64,000 nt of DNA from Ginglymostoma cirratum (GCA_024137785.1 JAHRHZ010000062.1:21132771-21196770), one strand, 5' to 3'; shown: positions 25,260 through 38,519, counted from the stretch's first letter. Notes: a model not told the origin generated them from the sequence alone. Translations and numbers: made by a program.

Positions 25260-25530
25260 TAAAAGATCAAATGGTACTATTATGAAAAAGAGTGGAAGTG
25301 CTCTCCTCCAGTGTTCTGGCCAATATTTATTTCTCAGACACCATTGTAAAATAGATTAACTGCTCATTTATTTAATTACTGTTTACGTGACCTTGCTGTG
25401 TTCAAATTAGCAGCTGCATTTTCCATACAGAATTACAACAGTGATTACATTCCAAAAGTACTTTATTGACTGTAAAATACTTTTGGACATTCTGAGGTCA
25501 TGGAAGGCACTACATAAATGCATGAATTTC
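25260..25530 (+). mobile_element. Deu-domain SINE
   Basis: CTGGCCAATATTTAT...CTTGCTGTGTTCAAATTAGCAGCTGCATTTTCC...CAACAGTGATTACATTCCAAAAGTACTT...AAGGCACTACATAAATGCA. Confidence 0.75.
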
Positions 25531-25899
25531 TTTACTTTCATTCCAACTGTACACCTTTAAGCTTCCTTCTACTCAATGGGTAAAGAGAAGGATTCAAAGT
25601 TCTTCCCGTGATGCCCAAAATGGAAGTGACTTTTTACTTGGCAAATAAGGGTATTCAGACAGCTTGCCAGTCAGAATACAATGGAAGACGGAGGTCTTGT
25701 GGGCAAATTGAGAGTTCAGCCAATCAGAAAATTCCAACAAAATGCTTTGAAAGAGGATTGTTCTCTGAAGAGCTTGTGAGGGCCTCTTAAAGGGCCATTG
25801 CTTTAACACTCAGTACCTGGCTTCCAAGAACATACTTTTTTCTTTGATAGCTTAGATCTAGTAATTTTACCTAGTGATTAGTATTCCCAAGTATGGGAA

Positions 25900-26330
25900 G
25901 AACTTCCATTTCTATAGCACTTTTCCTGACATCAAGCTGTCTCTACGTGCATTGTAACCAATTAAATATTTTTGAGGCATAGTAATTGTAATGTAGGAAA
26001 TGTTTAACAGCTAATTACCAAACAGCAAGCTCCTAAAAGCAGCAATGTGATGGTGACCAAATAATCTGCTTTTAAGCAATATTAGTTGAGGAACGACTTC
26101 TGACCACAGCTCCAAGCAGAATTTCCTTATTTATCTTTGAAATATTTTAGTGAATTATCTTAGAGGCCAGACAGGGTCTCAATTTATTGTTTCATTTGAA
26201 AGATGGCACCTCTGGCAGTGTAGCAGTCCTTAATACTGGACTGGAAATGTTAACCTAAGCTTGGCCTCAAAAGGATGGTCCCCAAAACTGCAACCTTCCC
26301 TCTCAAGAGGCTACTGAGTGCTATCCACAG
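25900..26330 (-). mobile_element. Deu-domain SINE
   Basis: Reverse complement of the same family (TGTAATGTAGGAAA, ACAGCAAGCTCC, GAAAGATGGCACCTCTGGCAGTGTAGCA). Confidence 0.7.
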
Positions 26331-27599
26331 AAGAATAGCATTGCAGTTTAAATACTGTGTAAAGCATCACTGAATACATCACCCGTTATTTCTATGGTTA
26401 CCAATCCAGAGTGTCTTGCCCTTCTGTAGTTTTTGTAAGATATAAACTGTAAGTTCTCCTGCTGCCGAATATGACTTGCCTACACACCATCAAAGTGACT
26501 TTAAATGAATGAGATTTGCAGAGACCTTTCATGATGGGTTCTGAGGGAGAGAGGTCACTAGATAATTTCAATCAATTACACGTGTCTCACAAATCAGCCA
26601 TGGTTCTGTAGATAGTACTCTTCGTTCTGTAAGATAAAATTATGGGTTCAGTGTAACTCCAGGGATTTGTGAGCAAATCTAGGTTACTACGTTATACAAT
26701 ATTGAGCACATTTATCACTCTAACTCCAAGTATAAATTTCGATCCCCATCTCTCCATTTTAATTCTAAGAATAATCCATTTATTTTTCCAGGTGCATCTT
26801 CCAGCCAGCTGAACTGAATGTTCTTGACTAAGTGTCAGTTGAGTTGAGTTTTTTTGGAGGGTTTTTCACTGCAAAGTCTAGTGACATTTTCCACTCCATC
26901 TTATCAAATTCACCTCATTAACTACCTGCACTATCAGTTTGGCAGCCCTCCTCTCCAATCCAGCCGCATCTTACCATCTTAGAATAACTCACCACAACCA
27001 AGATATCCCTGAATTGACTGGCATCCCTGGCTCCAGGACCATCTTCAAAAGTCTGTTGTGAACCCAGATAAGCACTGTCTGTCTGGAGATGCCCTGCATG
27101 GTTTCTGACATTCGCCTCAGACATGGCAAGCAAAGCAAGTTTGGCGCTGTGTTTTGCAAGTAGAGACCTGTAGAGACCTGCATAGTCCTGTTAGATGGCG
27201 TGAAGCAAGGGTAGGACATCGTCTTTCCCTAGGACCAGCATAGGAGGCTACAACACCCGACAATGCAGTCTAGTCCAAGTCTGCCAGCCGGGTTAATACA
27301 ATCTCAGCTGTACAGCTCACATTCTATCTTTGCTACTATACCCACTTCCCAAAGATTGCTATACAATTCCCACTATTGCCTGCATCATCTTCCCTCACTC
27401 GTTATCACCGAATCCAAACACCTAACATCACTAACTGTGCATGCCCTCTGCACTGCCTGTACACTTGTTTGGGACACCTTACCATCTGCACCAAAAGTGA
27501 CAGCAGTGCCACCTACTTTCACTTTCCTTTATAGCTGCCTCTTTCTCAATTGCAGTAGAAAACAGCTCACAACAGGGCAGAAAGGGTCAATCGATGTCA

Positions 27600-27765
27600 A
27601 TAGGTGTAAGGCTGGAAAAGCACAGCAGGTCAGACAGCATCCAAGGAGCAGGAAAGTCAACACTTTGGGCCAAAACCCTTCATCAGTCTTGACGTTCCTG
27701 CTTCTCTGATGCTGTATGTCCTGCTGTGCTTTTCCAACCTCACGTCTGCAGTCCTTATTACCTCT
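27600..27765 (-). mobile_element. Palindromic subfamily-A hammerhead element
   Basis: Arms 27611-27660 and 27689-27737 are inverted repeats. The reverse-strand core between them reads CTGATGA-A-GGGTT-TT-GGCCC-AAAGTGTT. Confidence 0.75.
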
Positions 27766-28719
27766 GAGTCAATATAGGTGGTGGTCTACCTGACTTTCAG
27801 CTTCTCACCTCTTCTGAGGAGAAGATCCTAATTTTGACCACCCTGAATGACTGAAAGATTCAGTCCAAGCCCCTGGACTGGCGTGTGAGGCTGCCCTTGA
27901 CTTACTGTGCCAGGACTCCTTGACCAAAATCTATCTTCCTTGAATTGTCTAGGGACTGCTGACATCATGGTAAGTTTCTTGCCTTTGTGTCTACATTACA
28001 CAGCAATAATTTGAGCCTGGTGTCTTTGACTGAGGGGGCAAAGTGTAAAAAGACAAAGGAAGGCAATGAAGTTGTGAACACCTGAGCAGGCATAGAGTGA
28101 GTGAGCATTCTGAGAGCAAGCTGTATGTATTCTCGTAATTGCTGGGGCAGCCTGAGGTGCAGCATTGAATTGCAGATGTTATACTGACAGAGACAGAAGA
28201 CATGCCATGAGGGTTCATAGAGGCTGGCACACACTGATGCCAAAGTTCTTGGGCGTGGGTTGCATGTGGGTGGTGCCCTGCGATGTTTATGTCTAGTGTC
28301 CAACATGGTGGTCTAAGTTGCCAGGTACCTGCTCTGACTTCCATGTCATGAATTCTCAACATCTAGCATCTTTGGCAACTTTGAAAAGGTTGGATAATAC
28401 TGAAGCACATTAATAAGGCATTTAACAAGGTAGAATCCTTCTTAACTAGCAACTCAGTACTGCCTAGAGAGTAGCTTATCACTCAGCAGATGCAGTAGGT
28501 TGGCTCCTAACATGGGTGTGACTCTGCCACAAATCTTGCCATTGCCCACAACATCAGGCCCTTACAAGAATCTATCCTTGATGTGAGCTATTTCAGATCC
28601 ATTTCCTATTGTCCTGGATGCATCGATTGGCCCATTTGACATCAATGGAAGAGGAGATCAGTTGGCATTTGGGTCATAGATTCTTCATTTGACCCCGAGA
28701 GTTTGACAACATTGTGAGG

Positions 28720-29380
28720 AAAGTAAAAGAAATGGTCTGAAGCTTCCATGTGTGATTAAGATAAGAGAGAATTTGAACATTTAGCTGCTAAATTGGAAGG
28801 GAAACCGCCAAGCCATTAATTCCGGGATTATTACCTAAACCATGATCAAATTGGCATTGGGTAAATAAAGTTAAGGACTTAAATACATGGCTCAGAGTTT
28901 AGTGTGGGAGGAACAGGTCTCAGTTCATGGGGTCTTGTCAACAATGCTGGGGCTAGAAGGGAACAATGGGACAGACTTTACTTGAACGATGATGGGACCA
29001 ACAATGCTGTAGAACGCGCTTTAAATTAAATAACATGTGCGGTTGGGCACAGTTTGGTAAGAGCAGGAACCCATAGATTTATAAAGCAAAGGATATGACA
29101 GAAATTCAGAGCTACTCTTTGATTAATGATACCCAGATTGGGACAGGAAGGGCAGAGCATACAAACATAGGTAAACAACAGCAAACTGGGTCACTGGGGA
29201 AACAACTGTAAAAGGGCAAAGTTAATGGCTAAACTTAAATGCACACAGTATTTAGAACAAAATAAATGAAAAAATGGCACAAATAGAGGTTAATGAGGAT
29301 GATCTTATGGCCATTACAGAGATATGCTAAACAAGGAGATCAAAGCTGGGAATTAAATATTCAGGTGGATGTGACTTTAC
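28720..29380 (+). mobile_element. Degenerate CR1 fragment (end of ORF1 esterase, start of ORF2 endonuclease)
   Basis: SGLLPKP / LNTWL ORF1 remnants, then LNAHSI*NKINE..DLMAITE..WELNIQ, matching the EN start at 50563+. Confidence 0.7.
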
Positions 29381-30329
29381 CTCGTATCCCCCAATTTTAT
29401 CAATCTGTTCATTAATTTCTCATTTTCTCCTACCCTTCAAGACCACAATGATCCATTTCCAAATGTCATTCCTGATTGATTACCTTCCCAGCATCAAAGC
29501 TGTTAACCCTTGATAAAACTGCACATTCGCAACCTACCAATTCCCACCCAATAAGACTCAACATTTCTCTATGGCTACTAAGATATCCTCCTTGACCCTA
29601 AGCTGGCAGGACATTCCTGGACATTGGCCTCCTGCAAAAAGGACTGTGTCCTGACCAGCCAAATCCCTGTGACTCTCCTTTGTCAGGTATTGTTCTCTAT
29701 GACCCAGAACAGGAGAGAAGGTCCATCTTTGCATCCCTGTACAGTTAGTGCTCCTCCTCTAGACTGACATTGCCCATCCCCTGGACAGACAGTGCCCAGC
29801 CTTGCCCAACTGATACTGCCTCCCCTTTGCAGCTTTTAGTTAAGCCTGCTCCTCAACCATAGGCACTCTCCCTCCACTTTGGTGCTTTCATTTTAATGTG
29901 CTCACAGACATAGTCACTCTACTCCCCTTGGTTACTCAGACTATAGTTGAAAAAGTTGCATCACAACTCAATGCAGACATCAGTTAAAGCCATTTTGACA
30001 TAAGGACAAAGAAGTGAATGCTGTGAAGTCCAGAAGAAAATGAAGGACATTAGGTACATTATTATATGAGGCCCAGGTATCATGGATGCATGGATTGCTT
30101 GGTTAGGTAGAAATTGATTGGGTACAACCATTTAGTTCCAGCAAGTTATGATTTTAATGGAATGTTAATACATGAAAATAAACTTCCCAACAACAGCAGT
30201 GGGGAAATTCAACTGGCCTTTTAAAGTGAGCAAATTTAATTGCAAAACTTTACCCTGTCACCAAGAATCTAACTATTGGATTCTCAGCCAATTAAATTTT
30301 CCCTATTTTCACTCCTGAAAAGTCTGGCT

Positions 30330-31000
30330 GTAATGTTTAGATGACGTTATTCAATTTGTGGAAATAGTTTGTCTCTATCTACCCTCTCTATTCAATATAA
30401 TAATTTGAAAACTTTGATCAAATCCTCAGCTCTCTAAATTCCAGGAAAACAACCCTACTTTATGTAATTTCTCTTTGCATTATAAACGTATCACATTGAT
30501 AAATTTATGCTGCACTTCCTCCAATCCCAATACATACTTCATACAATGTAATGCCTAGAACTTCTCACAGTATTCCAACTGGGGTTGAGTCAGGGATTTC
30601 CATAGTTCAACTAGGACTCTTTTTTGCCGAATCCATTGTTTAATTATGCTATTACTCACTTCCGGAGTTGACAGACTAGAACCCGGGTCTCCTGGATTAG
30701 ACTTCTATTCGTTTGTATTCCAGTTCTCTAGGTATAAAGGCAACATTCTGTCAGTCATTTTGAATATCCCTGCATCTGTTCATGGTATTTAATTATCTAT
30801 TGTACAGCATCCACTGTTTCTCCTGTTAAATCATTTAAAATGAACCTGTTTAGTCCTTTTAAGGTGAAAAATAAATGATGTCACATTTACTTACATTGAA
30901 ATCGATTCACTGCAGTTGTACCCATTCACTTAAGCTATTAGTATCTCTTAATTTTTATGTAACCAACAGCCACACTGCTTGCAATACCTCCCAACTTTTC
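30330..31000 (-). mobile_element. Highly degenerate CR1 RT fragment
   Basis: CACAGTATTCCAACTGGGG is the reverse of PQLEYC; CACATTTACTTACATTGAAAT is the reverse of FNVSKC. Confidence 0.6.
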
Positions 31001-32789
31001 TCTGTGGGCCTCTGGCATTTTTGCATCATGTTTTTATTCCTGGCAGTTGGAAGGATGTAAACCTCAGTCCTTAATCACACCTTAAAACCTTTGGTATGTC
31101 TGATACCACTTACACTCTGAGTGTAAGTAACAGCTAAGGTGAGTCAGTTCCCTCTCCGTGTTGCCAAGGATACCAGAGTATTTGATTCTCTGTCTTGGGA
31201 AGAATTGAATTTTGTCAAATGTTCCACATCAAGCAGCAGATCGACCATTCAATTCAAAGGGTAGTGGAAACTGGAACTTTTGCGCAATTAAAAGCCCTTG
31301 AAGCTAGGGATCAATTCAAAATTTCAAAACTGAGATTGATGGATGTTTAAACTAATGTTCAATAGGTTTCAGAGCCAGAAAAGGCTGATGAAATTACGTC
31401 ACAGATCATCATTATTCTAACTGAATGGGGGAACAGAATCAAGGGGTTGAATGGCCTCCTCCTACTTTCATGTTCCTAAAATAGGTTAACATATTCTAAA
31501 CTCTGAACTTTATGGGGACACTTAGAATTTGGTGCTTCTGGCACATGCTTTATCTATTGTGCAGAAACCCTAGGGAAACTAAAGGAAGAGTTGTATATTT
31601 CTGACAGAAGATTTCCATCAGGCCGCATTCAGAAATGTGGAGCATATTTTAAATCTGACAAGTCCCTCAGAGTTCAGGATTGTCCAGGGAAGGCAAATCA
31701 TGCCCCATTTTTCTTGAGTGTCAGCATCCCATGATTTAACGACCAACCATCACAAATAGCCACTTTGACAGCTTTTGAGAAAGCATGAGGTTAAGGCTCC
31801 AGGTGGGTAGGGTGCCAAGTGGATAGTGTGTCATGTGGATAGGGGCTACGGGTGTCAAGTAGGTAGGTAGAAGGCGACTTCTTGGATCCCAAGGGAATGA
31901 TTGGGAGTTATCGTTTGCGCGAATGGTGGATGTGGGAGGGCATGGGAGGGGCGTCTGGTCCCAGGCAGTCAAGGTTCCAGCTTTTGGGGGAGTAGGGTGG
32001 TATTGGGTGCTGAGTAAAATGGTGATGTTGCATCTTGGGGAGAAATAAAGGAAGTAATGTCACATTTTGGGGGTGTAAAGGATCTGGGGGAGGTGCAGTT
32101 GAGGTTTCTGTGGTTATTTCGGGATCAATTTAATAATCAAACAATAATTGGTCCAACCTTTCCTTTTACCAGCCCTTTACTATTTTTTTTCCCGATTGAA
32201 GACTTTTAGTCATTAATTACTTACTAACTGTTTTAATTGTCCACTTTTTCCTGAATATCTATTTACTTAACTGCAGTTCTCTGGCCATGTACTCTGGTTT
32301 GAATTAATACTTTCAGAGAGTTCTGAGTGCAGGGGAATTGCCAGTGGAATATTCAATTTCCTGGGAATTTGCTGCATCTGTACTTCAGCAGGGAACTCCC
32401 ATCTGTGCTGCAGAAATGATAAACTGGCTATCAGAAAATCCCAGCCACTGATTTGGAGGTCAAGCAGTTTCTGTGGGTTGGGAACAGAATCTGTCCTGGC
32501 TCAGAACAGGCCCAGGCAACTTTGAAATCAAAAGTGGTCAGTTCAAATCGTAATTGAACAGGTTGTCTTTAAACTGACTTGGAGTATAGCCAATGTCCAT
32601 CCACATGAGAGTGAAAAGGAGGGGAACCAAATGCTGAGTTCCCTGGTAGCAAGTAATGTGATGCAGAAATATGTACAAAAGACAGGTGTCGGAAGAGAGA
32701 ATGGAAGAGAGAATCAGGCTGGATATAGAAAGTTCAGTGGGAAAGTGGAATGAAAGTAAGAAAAACAAAAAGAGATTGTAAGAAGAAAC

Positions 32790-33120
32790 AGTGAAAATAA
32801 GAACAGGAGTTGGTTTTTTTCCACTTTGATCCTGCTCCACCATTCACTATGATCATGGCTGATCATCTTACTCAGTACTCTACTCCTATTTTATTCATGT
32901 GCCCTTTGATCTCTTTAGACCTGCGAACTTTATCTAATTCCTTCAATGTTTTGGACTCATCCACTTCCTGCAGCATAGAATTCCATAGGCCCAGCATTCT
33001 CTGGGAGAGCAAAATTCTCCTCATCTCAGTCCTAAATGCCCTACACCATATCCTTAAACTTTGATACCTGCTTCTGGACTGCCCAGACATTAGGAGCATC
33101 CTTCTTGCATTTACCAAGAG
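32790..33120 (-). mobile_element. CR1 LINE 3' end
   Basis: ORF 32872-33135(-) SRSRYQSLRI..FRTEMRRILLSQRMLGLWNSML. Confidence 0.8.
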
Positions 33121-33562
33121 ACTGACAGCTAACATAAAGAGGAATCCAGAAGTCTTCTATCAGCACAAAAATAATGAAAGGGTGGTAAGGGGAGAGGTGG
33201 GACCAATTAGTGAGCAATAAGGGGATTTACACTTTAAGTTAGAGGCAAAATAAATACTTTGTATTTGTCTTTAATAAGAAAGAAGATGTAGCCAGAATCA
33301 TTGTGAAAAATGTGTTAGCTGAGAGAATGGACCTGCTGAAATTAAAAGAGGAGCTTTTAGAAAAGCTGGCCATGGTTAAAGTTGATAAACCATTGGATCT
33401 AGGTCAGATGAATTTAAGGACACTCAGAGCAGAAAGGATGGAAATTGTAGAGGTATTGGCCATTGTCTTCAAATCCTGTTAAATCCTGGCACCTGAAAAC
33501 TGGAGAATTGCAAATGTCACTTGATCAAAAAGGGGCGTAAGAAAATCAAGCAGCTACAGATT

Positions 33563-33689
33563 TTCTGAAGAAGGGTCCTGACCTGAAATGTCAACTTTCC
33601 TGCTCCTCTGATGCTGCCTGGACTGCTGTGTTCGTCCAGCTCCACACTGTGTTGTGGCTGATTCTAGCATCTGAGTTTTTGCTAAGTCT
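33563..33689 (+). mobile_element. Short hammerhead-motif element, subfamily A, 12-bp TSD
   Basis: CTGAAGA-A-GGGTC-CT-GACCT-GAAA-TGTC; flanks CAGCTACAGATT (33551-33562) and CAGCCACAGATT (33690-33701). Confidence 0.82.
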
Positions 33690-34019
33690 CAGCCACAGAT
33701 TAGTTGGTTTAACCTAACTGATGAGAGAGCATTTCAAAATCATAATCTAGGATGAAATTAACTGTCACTTGGACAAATTTTGAAGAAAATTGGGACAGAT
33801 TTGTAAAAGCAAATTTTGCTAACTTGATGTAATTTTTTTTGCTGAGATAACAGTGAAGGAATAAGTAGGTAATGAAGTTGACGTGGTATAAATGGACTTC
33901 TGAAAGGCATTTATTAAAGTGCCACAGAACAGGGATGTCAATAAAGTGAAGGCCTAGCAAATAAAAGGACAGGGGTTGCATGAATATCAAATCGGCTGAA
34001 TGATATGAAGCAGAGTAAG

Positions 34020-34520
34020 ATCATAGAGCATAAAATATAGAAGCAGAATTATATCATTTGGTCCATCGAGTCTGTTCCGGTAATTGACCATAGTTGATAG
34101 GTTCCTCAACCTCATTCTCCTGCCTTCTCCCCGTAACTCTTAACCCTCTTCCTAAGCAAGAACCTATCCAGCTCTGTCTTAAATGCAGTCAGTGACCTGG
34201 CCTCCATAGCCTTCTGTGGTAATGATTGCCACAGATTAATCACCCTCTGCTGAAGAAATTCCTCCTCATATCATTTCTAACGGGTCATCCCTTCACTCTG
34301 AGGCAGTGCCCAAAGGTCCTAGTCTCTCCTACAAGTGGAAACATCTTCTCCACCTCGACTCTATCCAAACCTCTCAGAATTCTGTAATTTTCAATCAGAT
34401 CCCCTCCCATCCTTCTAAACTCCACTGAGTACAGACCCAGAGTCATCAACTATTCCTCATATGTCAAGCCCTTCATCACCAGGATCATTCTTGCAAACCT
34501 CCTCTGAACCCCCTCTGTCA
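34020..34520 (-). mobile_element. CR1 LINE 3' end (nested)
   Basis: Reverse strand encodes GLYSVEFRRMGGDLIENYRILRGLDRVE and TRTFGHCLRVKG. Confidence 0.85.
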
Positions 34521-34749
34521 GGCATGGCATCCCCTTGAGTAGTGATGGAATGGTTGTCTTTTCAAATGAGCGGAATGTATACAGTAGTCTTGTCAGGAGT
34601 CACTACTGAGAGGACACTGTGTTTTGATCAATGTTAAGAACTGTGACAGGGTGCACAATTTCAAAATGTAGAGATGACACAAAGCCTGGAATCATTGTGA
34701 ACTGTGAGGACAATAGTGATAGACTTCAAAAGGAAGTAAAAAAGATGTC

Positions 34750-34960
34750 AGAGGTCTGGTGGCACAGTCGGTAGTGTCCTTATCTCTGAGACAGAAACTC
34801 CAGGTTCGAGTTTCAATCCAGGCATGGATGGCTAGTGAGGACGTGTTCATAATGTGGTCACACAGGTCGATTATCAATGTGCAAGTCCTTCAGATATGCA
34901 TTAAGAAATAACAAGAGAGTTTCTTGATCACAGCCAAAACTGTGTGATAACTATAGTGTA
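34750..34960 (+). mobile_element. tRNA-derived SINE (nested)
   Basis: Pol III A-box TGGCACAGTCGG and B-box GGTTCGAGTTTC at tRNA-like spacing. Confidence 0.65.
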
Positions 34961-35329
34961 ATAGCCTCCCAAACTTAAAAGGCTCCAAATGCAGGGTCTT
35001 GGTACAAACTGTACACTGTTGCTAGCACCTTCCTAGCTTCAATGGTCAACTAGAGAATGGACTGACATAAGACAAATGAAATTTTGTGCAGCAAATTAAC
35101 ATATTTTAGAGGGAAAAATAAAAAAAAGCACATTAAAGGATCTAAACGGGCTGCAGCAACAGATGGACATGGGGGTGTAATACCATTATGGACAGAACAC
35201 TGTGCTACATATCTCTGTCTCCAATCTAGTCAGCATCCCACTGCTCCCTGTAGTCTCTCTTTGTACTCTTTTGAAATCTTATAAAACCAATTAACAAATT
35301 AACTCTTGATTAACTCCTTGTGCGTGTTG

Positions 35330-35965
35330 TTTAAATTCACTGATGGGATGTAGGCATCGCTGGCTGGCCAGGATTTATTGCCCATCCCTACTGCCCTTGA
35401 GAAGGTGGTGGTTAGTTGCCTTCTTGAACCACTGCAGTCCACCTACTGTGGATTGACTCATAATGCCATTAGGGAGCGAATTCCAGGGTTTTGAGCAGAG
35501 ACAGTGAAGGAACTGCAATCTATTTTCACATCAGGATAGTGAGTGGCTTGGAGAGGAACTTGTAGATAGTGATGTTCCTATATATCTACTGCCCTTGTCC
35601 TTCTAAATGGAAGTGCTAGTGGGTTTGTAAGGAGCTGTTGAGGATCTTTAGTGAATTTCTGTGGTGCATCTTGTAGGTAGTGCACACTGCTGCTACTGAG
35701 CATCAGTGGTGAAGTCAGTGGCTGTTTGTGGATGTAATGCGAAACAAGTGGGCTGCTTTGTCCTGGATGGTGTCAAGCTTCTTGAGTGTTTTTGGAGTTT
35801 CACTCATTCAGGCAAGTGGGAAGTATTCCGTCACACTCCTGACTTGTGCCTTGTAGGTGATACTCAGCTTTGGGGAGTCTGGAAATGAGTTTCTCGCTGC
35901 AGTATTCCTAGCCTCTGAACTGCTCTTGTAGCCACTGTGTTTATGTGGTGAGCCCAGCTGAGTTT
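35330..35965 (-). mobile_element. CR1/L2-superclade LINE 3' portion (nested)
   Basis: Reverse ORF ..LSITYKAQVRSVTEYFPLA; same family as 2760-3930 and 10560-10830. Confidence 0.8.
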
Positions 35966-36239
35966 CTGTGTGTGTGTGTGTGTGTCCGCGTGCACATGCA
36001 CACATTGTTGAAGGTAGCAGACAGTTTGACAAAGTTATTAAAAAAGCATATAGAATTCCCATATTTTATAAATAGAAGCATGGAGTCCAAAAACAGCAAT
36101 TTTTTTAATGGATAGATTGTGCAAGAATAATTAAATCTTCTAAGTATGTAAGGAGTGAGTCCTGGCTCCTTTGACGCCATCTTCTGTGTGGAAACAGTGT
36201 AGGTTCAAGACTCCCCTGCATTGATTTGAGCGCAAAATG

Positions 36240-36460
36240 TAGGAAGTGACCCCAATACTGTACTGAGAAAATGCTGCACTTTCAAAGTTGCTGTCTTTTG
36301 CTGTACCCTGTATTTATTCCTTGACCAATTTGTTATGTGCATACTGGTTGCGAAATTTCCCACGCTGCAACTGTGACAAAACTTCAAAAGTACTAATTTA
36401 GCTGTAAAACATATTAAGATATGTTGAATCAAGGTAGGTGTTACATAAATTTAGCTTTAT
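36240..36460 (+). mobile_element. Degenerate Deu-domain SINE
   Basis: CAATACTGTACTGAGAAAATGCTGCAC...CAACTGTGACAAAACTTCAAAAGTACTAATTTAGCTGTAAA. Confidence 0.55.
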
Positions 36461-38519
36461 TTTAATTATGTAGCATCTTAAATGTCCCAAATTGTGACAC
36501 TTCCAGCAAATGACTGTGAAATGTAATCATGTTTTTATGTGAGTTAGATAAACTTGATATTTTGTTCACATTAATTGTTCCACAATGTATCAGACTTTGA
36601 TGGTTTTAGGCAGCAGAACAGAGAATATTTATAAGAACAAGATCTAGAATTCCTCCTCTGTCCATTTCTTTCAACGTCAGAAGACAACACTGGTGGGAAA
36701 CCAAAGTGTAAAAAGAACCATTTGTTGAGAACTCAAAGATATCTATCAACTGCGTTGCTGAATCATTAGTTAATCAAGAATGATCTATGGTTAGCCATCT
36801 AATACCTCAAGCATTCTAAAGGCTTTTAACCTGGGTAACTTTTATTCTTCTCGTTGATACTAGACACTATCTCCTTTTTGAAACTTATTGCCTGTTTAGC
36901 AGAAGTATTTGATAGTAGATTTTATTTTTTTTTCCTCAGGGTTCATAGGCAATAAAATTCTCATTGTTTCACCCAAGAAAGCCTTGTGATTGTCTTCTTA
37001 GTTTTGACTTGAACTATGTTCTAATTAAGTGTGAAAGTTGCTTGATAAAAATATATAAAGTATTTGTTGTAACCGCTGGGAGGGAATTAAAAAGAGGTGG
37101 GGCCAATTAGCCTTTCTCCCTGGCCATAGCACATTGAAAATTCATCAAAATTGTTATTGAGATTGTGAACAGCTTCAACCTCAGACTGTTCCCAGGGAGG
37201 GGGATAGAGTTTGTACTGGGGACAAAGACAATGGCTTCAGTCTTGCCAATAGTTTAATGAAAGAAATTTCTGCTTTTCCAGTCAATGGTGTGATAATTTG
37301 GAGACAGCTAGTGGAGGGTTTGAGACAGGTGGTGGTGAGATAAAGGTGGGAGGCATCAGTGTATGTGATGGCAGCATGCAGGTGAGAAAAAGGAGGGAGC
37401 ATAAGTTATATCCGGTTGAGGTAACAGTGTGAGAAGAGAAGCCATTGATCCAAGAATCTGTTGCAGATTAAACAGATTTCCAAAAGCAAGTATGGAGAAT
37501 TGGATGCTTCAAACTTGGGTCTTAGTTGGATGAGTGCTATCAGTGCTCAGTCGTAATGGGGGGGAATTAAAAGGCAAAGGTGAATCCTCTAATCAATGAA
37601 ATTTTAGGCCTTGAATTTGTTCAGTCCTATGCTCCTCTCTAATGGAGGGTATCACACTATGCATTAAGTCTATCTTGATTTAAAAAATCCATTGCTTTCT
37701 GATTTTGTTCATGCAAGTTAATTGAAAACATTGATTGCAAGTGTCAGAATTAAATGACATTCATTTATTATAGATTTGTTACCAAATTAGATATTTAAAA
37801 ATTACATTGTCTGGTCTATTGACCTTAAATGGTCAAATAATTAATCTTTGATTAGATTTTTAATGAAGAAAGACTTCCTTTGATTTTTGGACATCCTTAA
37901 TTGACTTTAGCACTGCAGTTACACTGACTCCTCCTTGAACTTCTGCAGTCTGTTTGGATTAAGTAAACTCACAGTGCTTTAAGGGAGGATAATGATGCTG
38001 CAACTGTCAAAGAACATGCCATTTATTTCCAAGTCAGAATGGTGTGTGACTTCAGGAAAGATTTTCACGGCATCAGGTGAATTCTAGAGCCATATTAAAA
38101 TGGTGGTGTGACCCCATTCAGATAATTTCACCACCGTTTCCAGTGCCATAAATTTTTGCTAACCTGTGATCAGGATCGCAGGAAGTTAACCCATTCCCTG
38201 AATTTCTGACTTGGACATCACCATTGCAGGTTCAGCATCGCAAAGCCCTCTGCAATTTTGGTGGAGTTGGAGCAAGCCTGTCTGTGATTCGTGGCCCATA
38301 ATTGTTCAGAAGAGTCATAAGCCAAAGTCCACCTTTGGGAACTTTTTAAAATGTATATCTTACGGAATTGATCTACCCACACTCTTTCCATGGCCACATG
38401 CTATCAGAATGTCATCTATGTTTCACTTCTGTATTCCCAATTAGCATTGTACTAATTGTTTTTTCTTCTGTGTGGACCTCCAAGTTGTGCCCTTCCTTCT
38501 ATACCTTCCATCTTCATCA

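Larger units (their letters stand above)
33121..36110 (+). mobile_element. Old CR1 ORF2 broken into pieces by nested insertions
   Basis: Successive collinear RT segments at about 33121-33562, 33690-34020, 34540-34745, 35040-35170 and 35990-36110 (ENWRIANVT, DF*KAFIKVPQ, DDTK). Confidence 0.7.

Noticed and set aside
34750-34830. tRNA gene
   Set aside because: A and B boxes are present but there is no full cloverleaf; it is a SINE head inserted in a LINE.
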